This document shows positions 47,146-57,143 of a stretch of DNA of 64,000 bases, piece by piece. A model generated the notes under the pieces. That model did no database searches, was not told the origin of the DNA, and was given only the letters and a program-made list of their open reading frames with translations. A program made the translations under genes and the position numbers. Source of the DNA: Candidatus Thorarchaeota archaeon (GTDB lineage: Archaea; Asgardarchaeota; Thorarchaeia; Thorarchaeales; Thorarchaeaceae); NCBI GenBank assembly GCA_008080745.1, contig SHMX01000001.1, positions 308,617-372,616 on the forward strand, read 5' to 3'. Within the stretch, counting starts at the first letter, position 1, and each line of letters opens with the position of its first letter.

Positions 47146-48234
47146 ATGGGTGACGTTCGCGTTGCAATAGCAGGACTAGGAAATTGTGCCTCTGCGCTTA
47201 TCCAAGGCGTACACTACTATCGAGATGCCAAAGCAAATGAGGAGATTCCAGGCCTTATGCACGTCGATTTCGGCGGGTATTTCCCAAAAGATTTGAAATT
47301 TGTCGCCGCCTTTGAGGCAAACTCTCGCAAGATTGGTCTGGACATAGCAGATGCTATATGGGTAGAACCAAACTGTTGTGAGAAGTTCGCTCCCGACGTT
47401 CCAAAGACTGGTGTGAAAGTGCTTCCTGGACCGATATCTGATGGTGTAGCACCACATATGCGTGAATCATTCTTTGCATATGATGAAAGTGAGATTGAAC
47501 CTGTTGATGTTGCTGAAGAGCTCAAAAGGGTAAATGCAGATGTTCTTGTTAGTTATCTACCCGTGGGAAGTGCAGATGGATCAAGAATTTACGCCCAAGC
47601 CGCCCTCGACGCAGATGTTGGTTTTATCAATGCGATTCCAGAATTTATCGTGTCAGACCCCGAAGACCCTATTGCAAAAGGCTTCGTTGAAAAGGGAATA
47701 CCCTGTGCGGGTGATGACATCAAGAGCCAACTAGGAGCAACTATCCTCCATCGTGTGTTAGCTCAGTTGTTTGACAAGAGAGGTCTAATTCTCAAGAATA
47801 CTTACCAATTGAACATTGGAGGAAACACGGACTTTGAAAATATGCAAGTTGAAGACCGATTATCCTCAAAGAGAGTGAGTAAGACTGAAGCCGTAACAAG
47901 TTGTGTAGAATATGAATTACCCACTAAGATTGGGCCTAGTGATTATGTACCATTCCTTGAAGATAACAAGGTCTGTTACATAAGTATGCGATCAAGAGCT
48001 TTTGGAGACCTCCCCCTAGATCTTGACCTCAAACTCTCAGTACAAGACTCACCAAATAGTGCAGGGGTCATCATTGATGTTATTCGAGCGATTAAGATTG
48101 CACTAGACCGCGATATAGGTGGAGAACTCTCAAGCATCAGCTCATACAGTTTCAAACATCCACGTTATCAGATTGATGACTTTGAAGCAAGAAAACGAGT
48201 AGACGAATTTATTGAAGGAAAAAGAGAACGCTAG
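47146..48234 (+). CDS. myo-Inositol-1-phosphate synthase
   Basis: N-terminal VRVAIAGLGNCASALIQG and the conserved LPVGSADGSRIYAQAALDADVGFINAIPEFI region of archaeal MIPS. Confidence 0.8.
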   Translation: MGDVRVAIAGLGNCASALIQGVHYYRDAKANEEIPGLMHVDFGGYFPKDLKFVAAFEANSRKIGLDIADAIWVEPNCCEKFAPDVPKTGVKVLPGPISDGVAPHMRESFFAYDESEIEPVDVAEELKRVNADVLVSYLPVGSADGSRIYAQAALDADVGFINAIPEFIVSDPEDPIAKGFVEKGIPCAGDDIKSQLGATILHRVLAQLFDKRGLILKNTYQLNIGGNTDFENMQVEDRLSSKRVSKTEAVTSCVEYELPTKIGPSDYVPFLEDNKVCYISMRSRAFGDLPLDLDLKLSVQDSPNSAGVIIDVIRAIKIALDRDIGGELSSISSYSFKHPRYQIDDFEARKRVDEFIEGKRER

Positions 48235-48291
48235 TCACCGAAGTGACCAGCTTCTCGGTCAGTGTACACACACTGACATTCTATTTCTTTT

Positions 48292-49467
48292 TTACAGTTT
48301 TGTGAAACTCTCTGCAGTCTTCTTGTCAAGACGTTTAATGACCTCAACAAGGAGGGTAACTGCATTCTCTACATCAGATAAATCAAGTAACGCATGATGA
48401 GAGTGTATATGACGTGTAGGTATGCCTATGAATAGAGAAGGTGCACCCATTCCAGTTATGTGGATAACACCAGCATCTGTTCCTCCAGATTTGAGAAAAG
48501 CAGGTTGATGTCTTACGCCTATCTCTTCAGCAATATCCATCACGAATTGTCTGAAGCGTGGATTTGGAATCATAGAGCCATCTCCAGCAGATATTGAAAC
48601 ACCCTTCCCCATTTTCTGGACAATACCCTCCGCACCAGGTACATCCCCAGATATGTCCACATCCAGAGAGAAACCAATATCAGGTTGAATCATCTGAGCT
48701 GATGTTCTAGCCCCTCTCAGTCCAACTTCTTCTTGAGTCGTGGATACCATGTAGAGAGTATTGGGATGCTCAATCTTTTCTTCTGATAAACGCCGGAGTA
48801 CTTCAAGACCGATGAACACACCAATTCTGTCATCAAAGGCTTTTGATGCTGCAAGCTTGACCTTGCGGGTTTCCTCTTCACCATTCCCATCGTCTTTCTT
48901 TTCCTTTCTGGTTCTCTCCATAGTTCTGAAGAAGGCATAAGGAACTGCAGGATCACCCACTCTAATGCCGAGGTCTTTGGCCTCCTTCTCAGAAGATGCT
49001 CCAATATCGATGTACATCTTATCCTTGGTAACCACCTTGCTGCGAGCCTCCGCGCTAAGAATATGGGGAGGCGGTGCACCAATGATACCTATTATCTCTG
49101 CATCACCTTGAGAGGGATGAATAAGGACCTCTTGAGTTAGAAGAGTCTGATCCCACCAACCACCAAGCTGATGAAACTTAAGGAATCCATTCTTTGTAAT
49201 CTCTGTGATAACAAAACCAATCTCATCTATATGGCCAGCCAACATTATCTTTGGCCCTTTCGAACCGTGTTTGAAGACTACAGAACCCATTCTATCATAT
49301 TCTATGCTCTCTGCGTATTTTTTACCATACTCAAAAGCAACTTTCTGTGCCTCATGCTCGAAACCACTAGGGCCAAAAGCATTACACAGTTTTTCTAGAA
49401 AATCAATATTCAATTTCGCATCAGCCATGATATGTCCATCCAATGCCGTATCTGATTGATGTTGCAA
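48292..49467 (-). CDS. M42 family (TET/FrvX-like) aminopeptidase
   Basis: MLAGHIDEIGFVITEI together with the metal-binding Asp/Glu/His set. It carries a Lys/Glu-rich insertion. Confidence 0.8.
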   Translation of the reverse strand: MQHQSDTALDGHIMADAKLNIDFLEKLCNAFGPSGFEHEAQKVAFEYGKKYAESIEYDRMGSVVFKHGSKGPKIMLAGHIDEIGFVITEITKNGFLKFHQLGGWWDQTLLTQEVLIHPSQGDAEIIGIIGAPPPHILSAEARSKVVTKDKMYIDIGASSEKEAKDLGIRVGDPAVPYAFFRTMERTRKEKKDDGNGEEETRKVKLAASKAFDDRIGVFIGLEVLRRLSEEKIEHPNTLYMVSTTQEEVGLRGARTSAQMIQPDIGFSLDVDISGDVPGAEGIVQKMGKGVSISAGDGSMIPNPRFRQFVMDIAEEIGVRHQPAFLKSGGTDAGVIHITGMGAPSLFIGIPTRHIHSHHALLDLSDVENAVTLLVEVIKRLDKKTAESFTKL

Positions 49468-49502
49468 ACGATTGAATAATTATGTCTAGCTATTTCCGCC
49501 AA

Positions 49503-50039
49503 TTACTTCTTTTGAATACTCTTTGTTGCCAAAATCCTGAATGCCTCTTCCACATTCTGACCAGTAAGGGCACTGGTCTCCAGATAACCCTCAAGATTTT
49601 GTTCTTTTGAGAAGGTCTCGCCCATCTCGGTACTGATGACACGGTCATCAATCAAATCCACCTTGTTTGCAAGAAGCACAATGGGGATTCTTTCTCCCAG
49701 AGCATTCTCGGTCTCTTGAATCCACTTTGGTAACTCAAGATAAGTACTCTTTCGAGTCACGTCAAAGACAAGAAGTGCTCCCTTTGATCCTCTGTAGTAA
49801 CTGGTTCGAATGAAGTCAAACCGTTCCTGGCCTGCAAGATCCCAGACCAGTAGTTTCACCATAACATCTTTTTCATTCTGTTCGACCTTGACAGTCTTGA
49901 CAGCGAACTGAGAACCAATCGTGACAATATACTGTTCAGAGAACTTCTGAGTGAGAAATCGATTTACCAGTGCGGTCTTTCCACTCCCGCCTGCTCCTAT
50001 CATCACAACCTTGCGCATGTAATCAAAGCCTTCAGACAT
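49503..50039 (-). CDS. Rab/Ras-like small GTPase
   Basis: MIGAGGSGKTAL, WDLAGQERF, NKVD and ETSA motifs. It is 178 aa with no extensions. Confidence 0.85.
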   Translation of the reverse strand: MSEGFDYMRKVVMIGAGGSGKTALVNRFLTQKFSEQYIVTIGSQFAVKTVKVEQNEKDVMVKLLVWDLAGQERFDFIRTSYYRGSKGALLVFDVTRKSTYLELPKWIQETENALGERIPIVLLANKVDLIDDRVISTEMGETFSKEQNLEGYLETSALTGQNVEEAFRILATKSIQKK

Positions 50040-50290
50040 AGTTTATCCCCGCATGGGTATTTTATTCGTCTTGAACAGAGTGAAATGTCGGTAGTTTACA
50101 AACCGATATGGTTCATGACTTAGGTTTTGAATGTATATTGACATTATATAGCCTTTTTCGCAACGGACCTCTCCCTTTTCTTCACGTTCAATCAGATGAA
50201 AAAAAGGCGCGTTAGTCCTAGAAATATATGACACAGCCAAAGGTATTATATCACGCCAGACTCGATTTCCTCTAGTCGGGAGGACAAAAC

Positions 50291-50479
50291 ATGCAGCTAG
50301 TCACAGTCAAGATGAGCGAGCTCTACGTCGATGGGCTCGATAAATTAGTCGAGAAGGGAATGTATCCTTCAAGAAGCGAAGCCATCCGTGTAGCCGTTCG
50401 CGACCTTTTAATGAAAGAACTTTGGCCTCAGGGAGGACCAGCTATTCTCCCCGAGTTCGATGTAAAAGTAGTGGAGTGA
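50291..50479 (+). CDS. Ribbon-helix-helix (CopG/NikR-like) DNA-binding protein
   Basis: 62 aa with an N-terminal beta-strand then PSRSEAIRVAVRDLL. Confidence 0.55.
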   Translation: MQLVTVKMSELYVDGLDKLVEKGMYPSRSEAIRVAVRDLLMKELWPQGGPAILPEFDVKVVE

Positions 50480-50571
50480 CCTATCCTCTCCACTACAGAC
50501 AGCCAAAAAGCACATTAAGTATGGTTCTGTGGACATTATATCGACACGCCAACTTATGGAGGCCTTAGAAT

Positions 50572-51114
50572 TTGAATTTTAGAATTCTGACAAAAAGTAT
50601 GAAGTTCGCCTTTCGTGCTACAAAACGAGTGACTGCGTTCATTATCATTTACGCTATCCTCATTGTATTGGTAGCGAAGGGATTGCAGGGAGCAGTTACA
50701 CTCCCTGGAGGCTATGGTGAATTACCATGGCTTTTGATGGCGTTTGTTGTTGCAACTCTTTATGCCATTCTCATATCACAGTTCCGTCGAAAGGATATTG
50801 CAATTCTCAAATGCGTTTCTTGGAATAATTCAGATATCATGCTTCTCATCATAGGAGAGGTAGTCCTTGTTGCACTTAGTGCATTCCTGGTTGTCTTCCA
50901 GCTCAGTGTTGAAATCCTCGGACTGATCGCTTACTTTGACCTACCAGAGACCGGAACATCTCTACTTCATCAAGTCCATGATATAATTGCTCTCCAAGCA
51001 GCACCTATGATTACCGCTCTGTTTTATGTGGTAATACTCCAACTTCCAGGCTTGATTTTCGCACAACTACGAGCTATGAGAATACCACCAATGAGAGCTC
51101 TCAGGGAGGAATAA
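50572..51114 (+). CDS. Small membrane protein, possible partner of the downstream ABC ATPase
   Basis: Four predicted TM helices. It sits 3 nt upstream of the ABC ATPase gene. Confidence 0.45.
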   Translation: MNFRILTKSMKFAFRATKRVTAFIIIYAILIVLVAKGLQGAVTLPGGYGELPWLLMAFVVATLYAILISQFRRKDIAILKCVSWNNSDIMLLIIGEVVLVALSAFLVVFQLSVEILGLIAYFDLPETGTSLLHQVHDIIALQAAPMITALFYVVILQLPGLIFAQLRAMRIPPMRALREE

Positions 51115-51117
51115 ATT

Positions 51118-51804
51118 ATGGCTAATCCAATCATTCACGTTCAATCAGTTAACAAAGAATATGGTCGTGGAAAGAAGACCGTCGCCGCGCTCAAAGATGT
51201 TGATATAGAGATCCTTCCAGGCGAGTTTGTGTCCGTTCTCGGTCCGTCCGGCTGCGGTAAATCAACTCTCCTGCACGTTATGGCAGGCCTCGAACAGCCC
51301 ACCTCTGGTAGAGTCCTCCTCGATGGCGTTGATGTCACTCTCATCAGCGAACGCGACCTCCCCAAAGTCCGTGCCCAGAAAATCGGCTTCGTCTTCCAAG
51401 CTTTCCTGCTCCTCGAAGACCTCACAGCCTTCGAAAACGTCGAGTCCGTCCTCTGGCCCTCTGATGAACTCAAAAAAGAAAAACAACAAGCCATGGCACT
51501 CGAAGTCCTCAGAGAAGTTGATATGTTGGAGCGGAAAGACCACTTCCCCCGCCAGCTTTCAGGAGGAGAACAGCAGAGGGTGGCGATAGCGCGAGCACTA
51601 GTGAACAGTCCGCCGATCCTGTTTTGCGACGAGCCAACGGGAAATCTCGACTCAAAGACCGGGGACACCATCATGAAGGTGATCTCAAGAATTAACAAAG
51701 AGCGAAAGATGACCGTGGTACTGGTGACTCACAACGAGGAGCTAGCGAAATACGCAAAGCGTACTCTGCGCATGCGAGACGGCCGGATCACCTCGGACAG
51801 ATAA
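51118..51804 (+). CDS. ABC transporter ATP-binding protein (LolD/MacB-like)
   Basis: Walker [10 protein letters not shown], signature [15 protein letters not shown], Walker [13 protein letters not shown], and H-loop VTHN. Confidence 0.9.
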   Translation: MANPIIHVQSVNKEYGRGKKTVAALKDVDIEILPGEFVSVLGPSGCGKSTLLHVMAGLEQPTSGRVLLDGVDVTLISERDLPKVRAQKIGFVFQAFLLLEDLTAFENVESVLWPSDELKKEKQQAMALEVLREVDMLERKDHFPRQLSGGEQQRVAIARALVNSPPILFCDEPTGNLDSKTGDTIMKVISRINKERKMTVVLVTHNEELAKYAKRTLRMRDGRITSDR

Positions 51805-51813
51805 TGGTTCAAG

Positions 51814-51851
51814 GGTATGAGCCTTCGCTCATACCTTACTCTTTCTTTTCC
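51814..51851 (+). terminator. Hairpin plus T-tract after the ABC ATPase gene
   Basis: ggtatgagc-cttc-gctcatacc is a perfect 9-bp stem at 51814-51835, followed by ttactctttcttttcc. Confidence 0.45.
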
Positions 51852-52023
51852 TCAATCAGACCAGCTTGAACAAGTCCTTGTCGCACATCGTTTATTAAAC
51901 TTGGATGGCGGTCCATCCAATCCCTCAGAATCTTTCTGTTTCCACGATTTTCATTGGATAAATCAGCAAAACATCCATTTATGCTAAAGGTGTCTTATTC
52001 TAGTATACGGTACTTCAGCTGGG

Positions 52024-54258
52024 GTGAAAAGTACGACAACAACAAGATGCAAACTCTGTGATGAAGAGATAGTCTTTGATATTGATGATGCCTCGACCTA
52101 TCTCTCAAAGACAGAGACTGGAAATCCTCTAATTGGAATATTATATACTGTAAGAGTTGAGCACAGATACAAGGAGGGCGTGGCACACATCAACGTCATT
52201 GTAGTAGACGAAAGAGGGGAATATCGAGCTCACAAAGACTGCTATGAAGAGGTGAAGCTCGAAGACCCACTCACAAAGTATGAGGAGATAGTGAGGCAGT
52301 TTCCCATCGAAATACGTCATTTTCTTTCTCTTGCCACACCCGTGGATAAATTTGCAATCTCGAATATCACCCTACCAGAATCAGCTGAAGTTTCAGAATG
52401 GACAGAGATATTGAGGAGTCTTAGAAAAGAGAATCCAGAGAGCCAACTCTTCTCGTTTCTTGATAGCAAATGGGCATCAATCACAGGACGCACGGAGGAA
52501 TTACTTGAGATGTCTGTAGAGAAGGATTCGTGGATCTATCCAGTACAGATTCGGGTTAAAGGGCGAAAGAAACTGACACCGGAACTATTGGAGAAGACAA
52601 AGGAACTTACATCTCTTGTATATCCCGATCAAATCGAGTTGGAGGCTGCTTTGGCACAGGGCGAGAATTACATACGGTCGGTCTCCATGGAAGATATGGA
52701 GAGTCTGTATCAGCAAATGACAGAGAAGTGGGGACACGATACCCGAGTGGGAATCAAGACAGCCATGACCTTCTTGCAGGGAATGTATTGGTATCTCAAA
52801 TACAGAGTGGGCACTCAAGAAGAGAGTCTAAAGCCATTAGAGACCGCCTTTAATTTCTGCCAAATTGTGGAAAATAGAGAAGCAATATCGATGATAGGGA
52901 ATCTTTATGCTAGTGTGCTTCGAAATAAGGGAGAATCCGAGGAGGCACGAAAGGTTCTCAACCTCGTTCTAAACGTCTGTAGAGAGCTTGGAGATGAGAG
53001 ATGTCAAGTAGTGGTTAGTGCCAATCTTTCGATAGTAGAATTCAAACAGGGACTTTTTGAGCAGTCCTTGGAAAGAACCAGGTGGGTCTATGAACACCCC
53101 ATAACTCAAGCAGACCTCTATCTTAGAATTACAACCCTTGCAAACATGGCTGAGAGTCTGTTTACCCTCAAGAGATACCGAGAGGCAGGGGAGATGTGTA
53201 AGAATGCACTTGAGATAGAAAATATTCCTAATGACCTCTATATCGGTCTTTTGTCCAAACTCAAACAGATTGCAGTAAAGACCAATTCGATGTCCGATAT
53301 CCAATGGGTCAAGGAACATATCCCAGACAACGAATATATGAGTACCCCAAAGGGACATAGATTATTGTTAGACATCAAAGCAGTAGAGGCAGAACTCAAG
53401 AGAGACTGGCTTACTATGGTGGAGTTGCTGAAGAAGGAGAGGGAGTTGGCTGTAGAGCATAATTTTATGGAGGACCTTAATGAAATCGAATTTAGAATCG
53501 CCGAGGGCTATGTTATGCTCTATCAAGAGGGACATGAGGTGTCTCACTTACATCAAGCATACAAACATCTTGACCTGGCCAAGACATTGGCACTTGAAGC
53601 AAACTATCATCCAGATATTGTAAAGCTTACCATGATAAAGGGGCTTGTTGCAGTTGAGGCAGATATGTACGATAGGGCAAAGGCACATTTCCAAGAAGCT
53701 TTTAGATTAGCAGAAATTCATCAATTGGATGATTTGGCTGAGGAGATTAGAGTTTATCTGAGTAGTCTCGATTCAGAGGATATAAAATTGGAACAAGACT
53801 TTCAAGCCCAGTTTGATGCGCTAACAGGTGTGGGCGGTATAACTGCAGGCGAAAAAGAACCTGGAAAGGTGTTTGCCATTTGGATATCTAGAGAGGGGAG
53901 CGATTTTGATATGTTATTACTGAGTACAACAGAGCGTACCGTTGATCATGCAATGTACCTCAGAGGGCTGGCGGATTTGTGGCAAAATTTGAGCCTGAAG
54001 ATCGATTCACAAATAGTTGAATCATTCAAAGGAAGTTGTGGACACATTATTCAAGAGTTCACGGATGATTTCAAGGCATTGGTTCTTTGTAATAGAATGG
54101 ATTACTTAGCCAAAAGAAATATTCAGGATATAATTGAAAGATTGGAAAAGTTTCCCCTGAAAGAAGTGGATGAAGAATTATCTGTCAAAGTTCTTTCAGA
54201 AATTGAATCCAAATTTGGTAATTTTGAACCTATGGAGATAAAATCGGATTTTGAATAA
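52024..54258 (+). CDS. Large alpha-helical repeat (TPR-like) protein with an N-terminal Cys-containing beta domain
   Basis: 744 aa. The N-terminus is TRCKLCDEEIVFDID ... HKDCYEE. About 600 aa of helical repeats follow. Confidence 0.5.
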   Translation: MKSTTTTRCKLCDEEIVFDIDDASTYLSKTETGNPLIGILYTVRVEHRYKEGVAHINVIVVDERGEYRAHKDCYEEVKLEDPLTKYEEIVRQFPIEIRHFLSLATPVDKFAISNITLPESAEVSEWTEILRSLRKENPESQLFSFLDSKWASITGRTEELLEMSVEKDSWIYPVQIRVKGRKKLTPELLEKTKELTSLVYPDQIELEAALAQGENYIRSVSMEDMESLYQQMTEKWGHDTRVGIKTAMTFLQGMYWYLKYRVGTQEESLKPLETAFNFCQIVENREAISMIGNLYASVLRNKGESEEARKVLNLVLNVCRELGDERCQVVVSANLSIVEFKQGLFEQSLERTRWVYEHPITQADLYLRITTLANMAESLFTLKRYREAGEMCKNALEIENIPNDLYIGLLSKLKQIAVKTNSMSDIQWVKEHIPDNEYMSTPKGHRLLLDIKAVEAELKRDWLTMVELLKKERELAVEHNFMEDLNEIEFRIAEGYVMLYQEGHEVSHLHQAYKHLDLAKTLALEANYHPDIVKLTMIKGLVAVEADMYDRAKAHFQEAFRLAEIHQLDDLAEEIRVYLSSLDSEDIKLEQDFQAQFDALTGVGGITAGEKEPGKVFAIWISREGSDFDMLLLSTTERTVDHAMYLRGLADLWQNLSLKIDSQIVESFKGSCGHIIQEFTDDFKALVLCNRMDYLAKRNIQDIIERLEKFPLKEVDEELSVKVLSEIESKFGNFEPMEIKSDFE

Positions 54259-54545
54259 TACAATATCTTTCAGGTGCGTTTCTGTTTGTCTGATACTAAA
54301 ATAGTAATTTTTTTCTGCAGCCGATATTATATTTGAAAGCAATACTACGTAACAAGTTGATTTGGTGCAGTATCCAAAGGTCAAAGGTTAGCATTCTTAC
54401 ATCCCATTACTCAACAAGAGATAATTTCTCTAACTTGTTTTACGGAAATATCGAAAATACTACCATTGTTTATGCAAAATTTGCCAGCTGGAAAAGTTTA
54501 GAAGTGGTCTGGTCTAGCTCGATATATCCGAACTAAGGGGCAATT

Positions 54546-55376
54546 ATGATGGGTACTGACACCTGCAAAGAGCGAGAAAAGGTAGCAGAAGAGAACGCTT
54601 CCAGTGGGTGTAATGACAAGGCCCTCATGTATTTTCTAGCTGCGGCTGAGTGCTGGAAACGCTGGGAATCTTTTGCAAAGGCAGCTAATGCCTTTGAAAG
54701 AGCATATGAGCATGGTATGCTCTGTCAAAAATATGCGAAAGCATCAGAAGCGATGCTTGAGGCAGGAATGGCCTGGATAAAACAGGGTCAATATGAGAAG
54801 TTTGAGATAGATTGCCAAATAGGAGCGGAAGCTTTTATTTTGGCAGCTGAGGAGGAAAAAGACCCGCACAGATTTGTCGATGGAGCCTTTTTCTCGATCT
54901 TGGGAGGAGACATGGAATTAGCGAGACAACTCATTCATGCAGCTGTTGAAACCACCCGTGGAAAGGACAAAGAACTAATCAATCTCGCACTCATGCTGAG
55001 TGAATACCACTATGGTGAAGCGGACAGGTATATAGAGGCGGCCATCACCAGAGTCTTAGATAGAGATCAAGTGAAACGAATCCGTAAGTACTTCCTGCTC
55101 ATGTTTGCTGGTTTTGTACGCACGTCCCTAGAATCTGAAGCTGCTGTCACTATAGCAAGTTTGGCGGAAAGCACAGGGATGGAAAAAAAACGGATTTCCA
55201 AGTTTATTATGCAATGTGTTAACGAGGGACTAATCCCAGCATTTTATGATGAGGTCTCAGAGGAGCTCGTGGTGGATCAGGACCGATTTGACATAGAAGA
55301 TATCACTCGCAGAAAAGGTCCGATTATGAGTAGAGACCTTGATGACCCTGGAGCCTGGGATATGGAGCTTGAGTGA
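54546..55376 (+). CDS. PCI-like protein (helical repeat bundle plus C-terminal winged helix)
   Basis: Helical N-terminal two-thirds, followed by VTIASLAESTGMEKKRISKFIMQCVNEGLIPAFYDEVSEELVV. This resembles the PCI winged-helix signature. Confidence 0.4.
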   Translation: MMGTDTCKEREKVAEENASSGCNDKALMYFLAAAECWKRWESFAKAANAFERAYEHGMLCQKYAKASEAMLEAGMAWIKQGQYEKFEIDCQIGAEAFILAAEEEKDPHRFVDGAFFSILGGDMELARQLIHAAVETTRGKDKELINLALMLSEYHYGEADRYIEAAITRVLDRDQVKRIRKYFLLMFAGFVRTSLESEAAVTIASLAESTGMEKKRISKFIMQCVNEGLIPAFYDEVSEELVVDQDRFDIEDITRRKGPIMSRDLDDPGAWDMELE

Positions 55377-55584
55377 AGAACCGTGTGGTTAAGAAAGGAT
55401 TTACCACTCAAATTGGAATAAAAATAACCAAGTTTTATTTAGGAGTCTATTCCATTAACATTCAAATTGGTATATGTAACACATTTAATAACAGGAGTCA
55501 AACAAGACCACTGGGTCTAGTGAAGAAACCGTTTTAAGTAGGATTGTAGACTCGGTTATCTTGTAGGGCTCATAATTAAGATAG

Positions 55585-55812
55585 GTGTTTCCAATGGCTG
55601 AAGAACTAAAATGGTTGCAGTGTCCAGTGTGCAAGGAGACGATATATTGGCGCGTACCAATGGAAGCACTGAAAAAAGTAGCACGTTTTCCTGTTCCTAT
55701 AGTAATCAAACATAAAGATCATCACCTCGTATGTTACGTTGACAGTCACCATCAATTAGCAGATACAGAAGTGGCCATTGCATTCATAGAGGGCGAAGCA
55801 AAGAGCACCTAG
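55585..55812 (+). CDS. Small Cys/His-rich protein (hypothetical)
   Basis: Contains CPVC ... HHLVCYVDSHH and is 75 aa. Confidence 0.35.
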   Translation: MFPMAEELKWLQCPVCKETIYWRVPMEALKKVARFPVPIVIKHKDHHLVCYVDSHHQLADTEVAIAFIEGEAKST

Positions 55813-56396
55813 ACTGCACGGACCAAGTTTTCTAAATCGTTATCAAGAGCCCATTCAAGCACTCTGGATGCTTGAGAGCTAGCCATGCCCCAAGTCTTCA
55901 ATTTCTCAACCAGATTTCTTATACCCGAAACCCAATCATCTAACACTTTTTGAATACGTTTCCTAAGCCCTGCATCGTCAGCTTGTTTTAGAATAGGTAT
56001 TAATTTAGTGACTAAACTCTGTGAGAGAACAAGGATGGTCTCGAGCCGAGCAATCCATTCCTCACGTGGAAGCCCTCTAAGCGTTTGAGCAACAGAGAGA
56101 TGATAATCATATTGAGAGGTGTAGTAACGTAATCGCCAAGATAATACCTCGACAAGTAAGATACGATGGGACGGACTGGGTGCGGTGCGTATTAGTAGAG
56201 TGATAAAGCGTTCACACATCTCATCGGCAGCTTGACTTGCCTCGAAGAACAATGCCATCGCCTGTTGATATTCTTGAAGTCTAAGACGGTCCTCCGCCTC
56301 TTCAGAGGCCCTCTTGAATTGGTCGATCAGTCTTCTTGTGGCACTACTCTCTTCATTTCTCATCAGACTACCCCTCATTTCTCGGATTTTGTTCAC
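55809..56396 (-). CDS. Hypothetical alpha-helical protein
   Basis: 195-aa helical ORF. It is the last gene of a three-gene minus-strand operon with overlapping stop/start codons. Confidence 0.45.
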   Translation of the reverse strand: MNKIREMRGSLMRNEESSATRRLIDQFKRASEEAEDRLRLQEYQQAMALFFEASQAADEMCERFITLLIRTAPSPSHRILLVEVLSWRLRYYTSQYDYHLSVAQTLRGLPREEWIARLETILVLSQSLVTKLIPILKQADDAGLRKRIQKVLDDWVSGIRNLVEKLKTWGMASSQASRVLEWALDNDLENLVRAV

Positions 56397-56805
56397 TTGA
56401 TAAGTATTTCAATTCAATATCAATCACAGGTGATTGTTCACGAACCCAATCAGAGAACTCTTCAATCTTGTCTCTCAGGGATATAGCAAAATAGCCCTCC
56501 CACACACAGTAATCTTGCAATGGACAAAAACCGGTGGAGTGAATGAGATGCAGGTCAATAGTCCGCATCTTATCAATGATAGTTCTGGCAGAGGTACGGA
56601 ACCCCTCCAGAGTAAGAGCAACTCTGACTAGAACAACCTCGGACTCCGCGATGGGATAGATGCGCAAGAATTCGCTTCGAGTCCCAATGACCAAGACCTT
56701 CTGCCCATCAACGATTCCCAACCAGTCAGAGATGTCCCGAATACCTATAGATTGGTTCTCAACAGATGACATAATCGATTCTGTAAGGTGTTTCATACTG
56801 TTCAC
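56368..56805 (-). CDS. Hypothetical alpha/beta protein
   Basis: 145-aa ORF, the middle gene of the three-gene operon. Confidence 0.4.
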   Translation of the reverse strand: MNSMKHLTESIMSSVENQSIGIRDISDWLGIVDGQKVLVIGTRSEFLRIYPIAESEVVLVRVALTLEGFRTSARTIIDKMRTIDLHLIHSTGFCPLQDYCVWEGYFAISLRDKIEEFSDWVREQSPVIDIELKYLSSEQNPRNEG

Positions 56806-57134
56806 TCCGCAATTGCAGATAGATATGCCTCACCACGAATAGTGGTCTTGTAGGAGGAGGACAATTTGTGAATAAGTTCGAGATTTAGTAGTAATGGGAT
56901 TTTAACATCTAGACATTCATAAGAAACAGAGCTGAACCGTACTAGATCGTCCGGTGTTTCACAACCCTGAGAGATAAGTAAGAGAATCCTAGTACCAAGT
57001 GGACCTAACAGAACCTTGGTCATGTTGACATCAAGGTCATTTTCTGATTCAAACCTATCAGATATCATCTTCAAAGGTCTATAGAACTTGTTTGCCCTAA
57101 AAGAAATCTCTGATGTAATTAACTTTGGAAGCAT
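56802..57134 (-). CDS. Winged-helix protein
   Basis: LGPLGTRILLLISQGCETPDDLVRFSSVSYECL is a wHTH-like region. It is the first gene of the three-gene operon. Confidence 0.45.
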   Translation of the reverse strand: MLPKLITSEISFRANKFYRPLKMISDRFESENDLDVNMTKVLLGPLGTRILLLISQGCETPDDLVRFSSVSYECLDVKIPLLLNLELIHKLSSSYKTTIRGEAYLSAIAE

Positions 57135-57143
57135 AACAACAAT

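Noticed and set aside
51141-51698. 185-aa minus-strand ORF and other ORFs overlapping the ABC ATPase gene
   Set aside because: They are antisense to a gene with complete Walker A, signature, Walker B and H-loop motifs.
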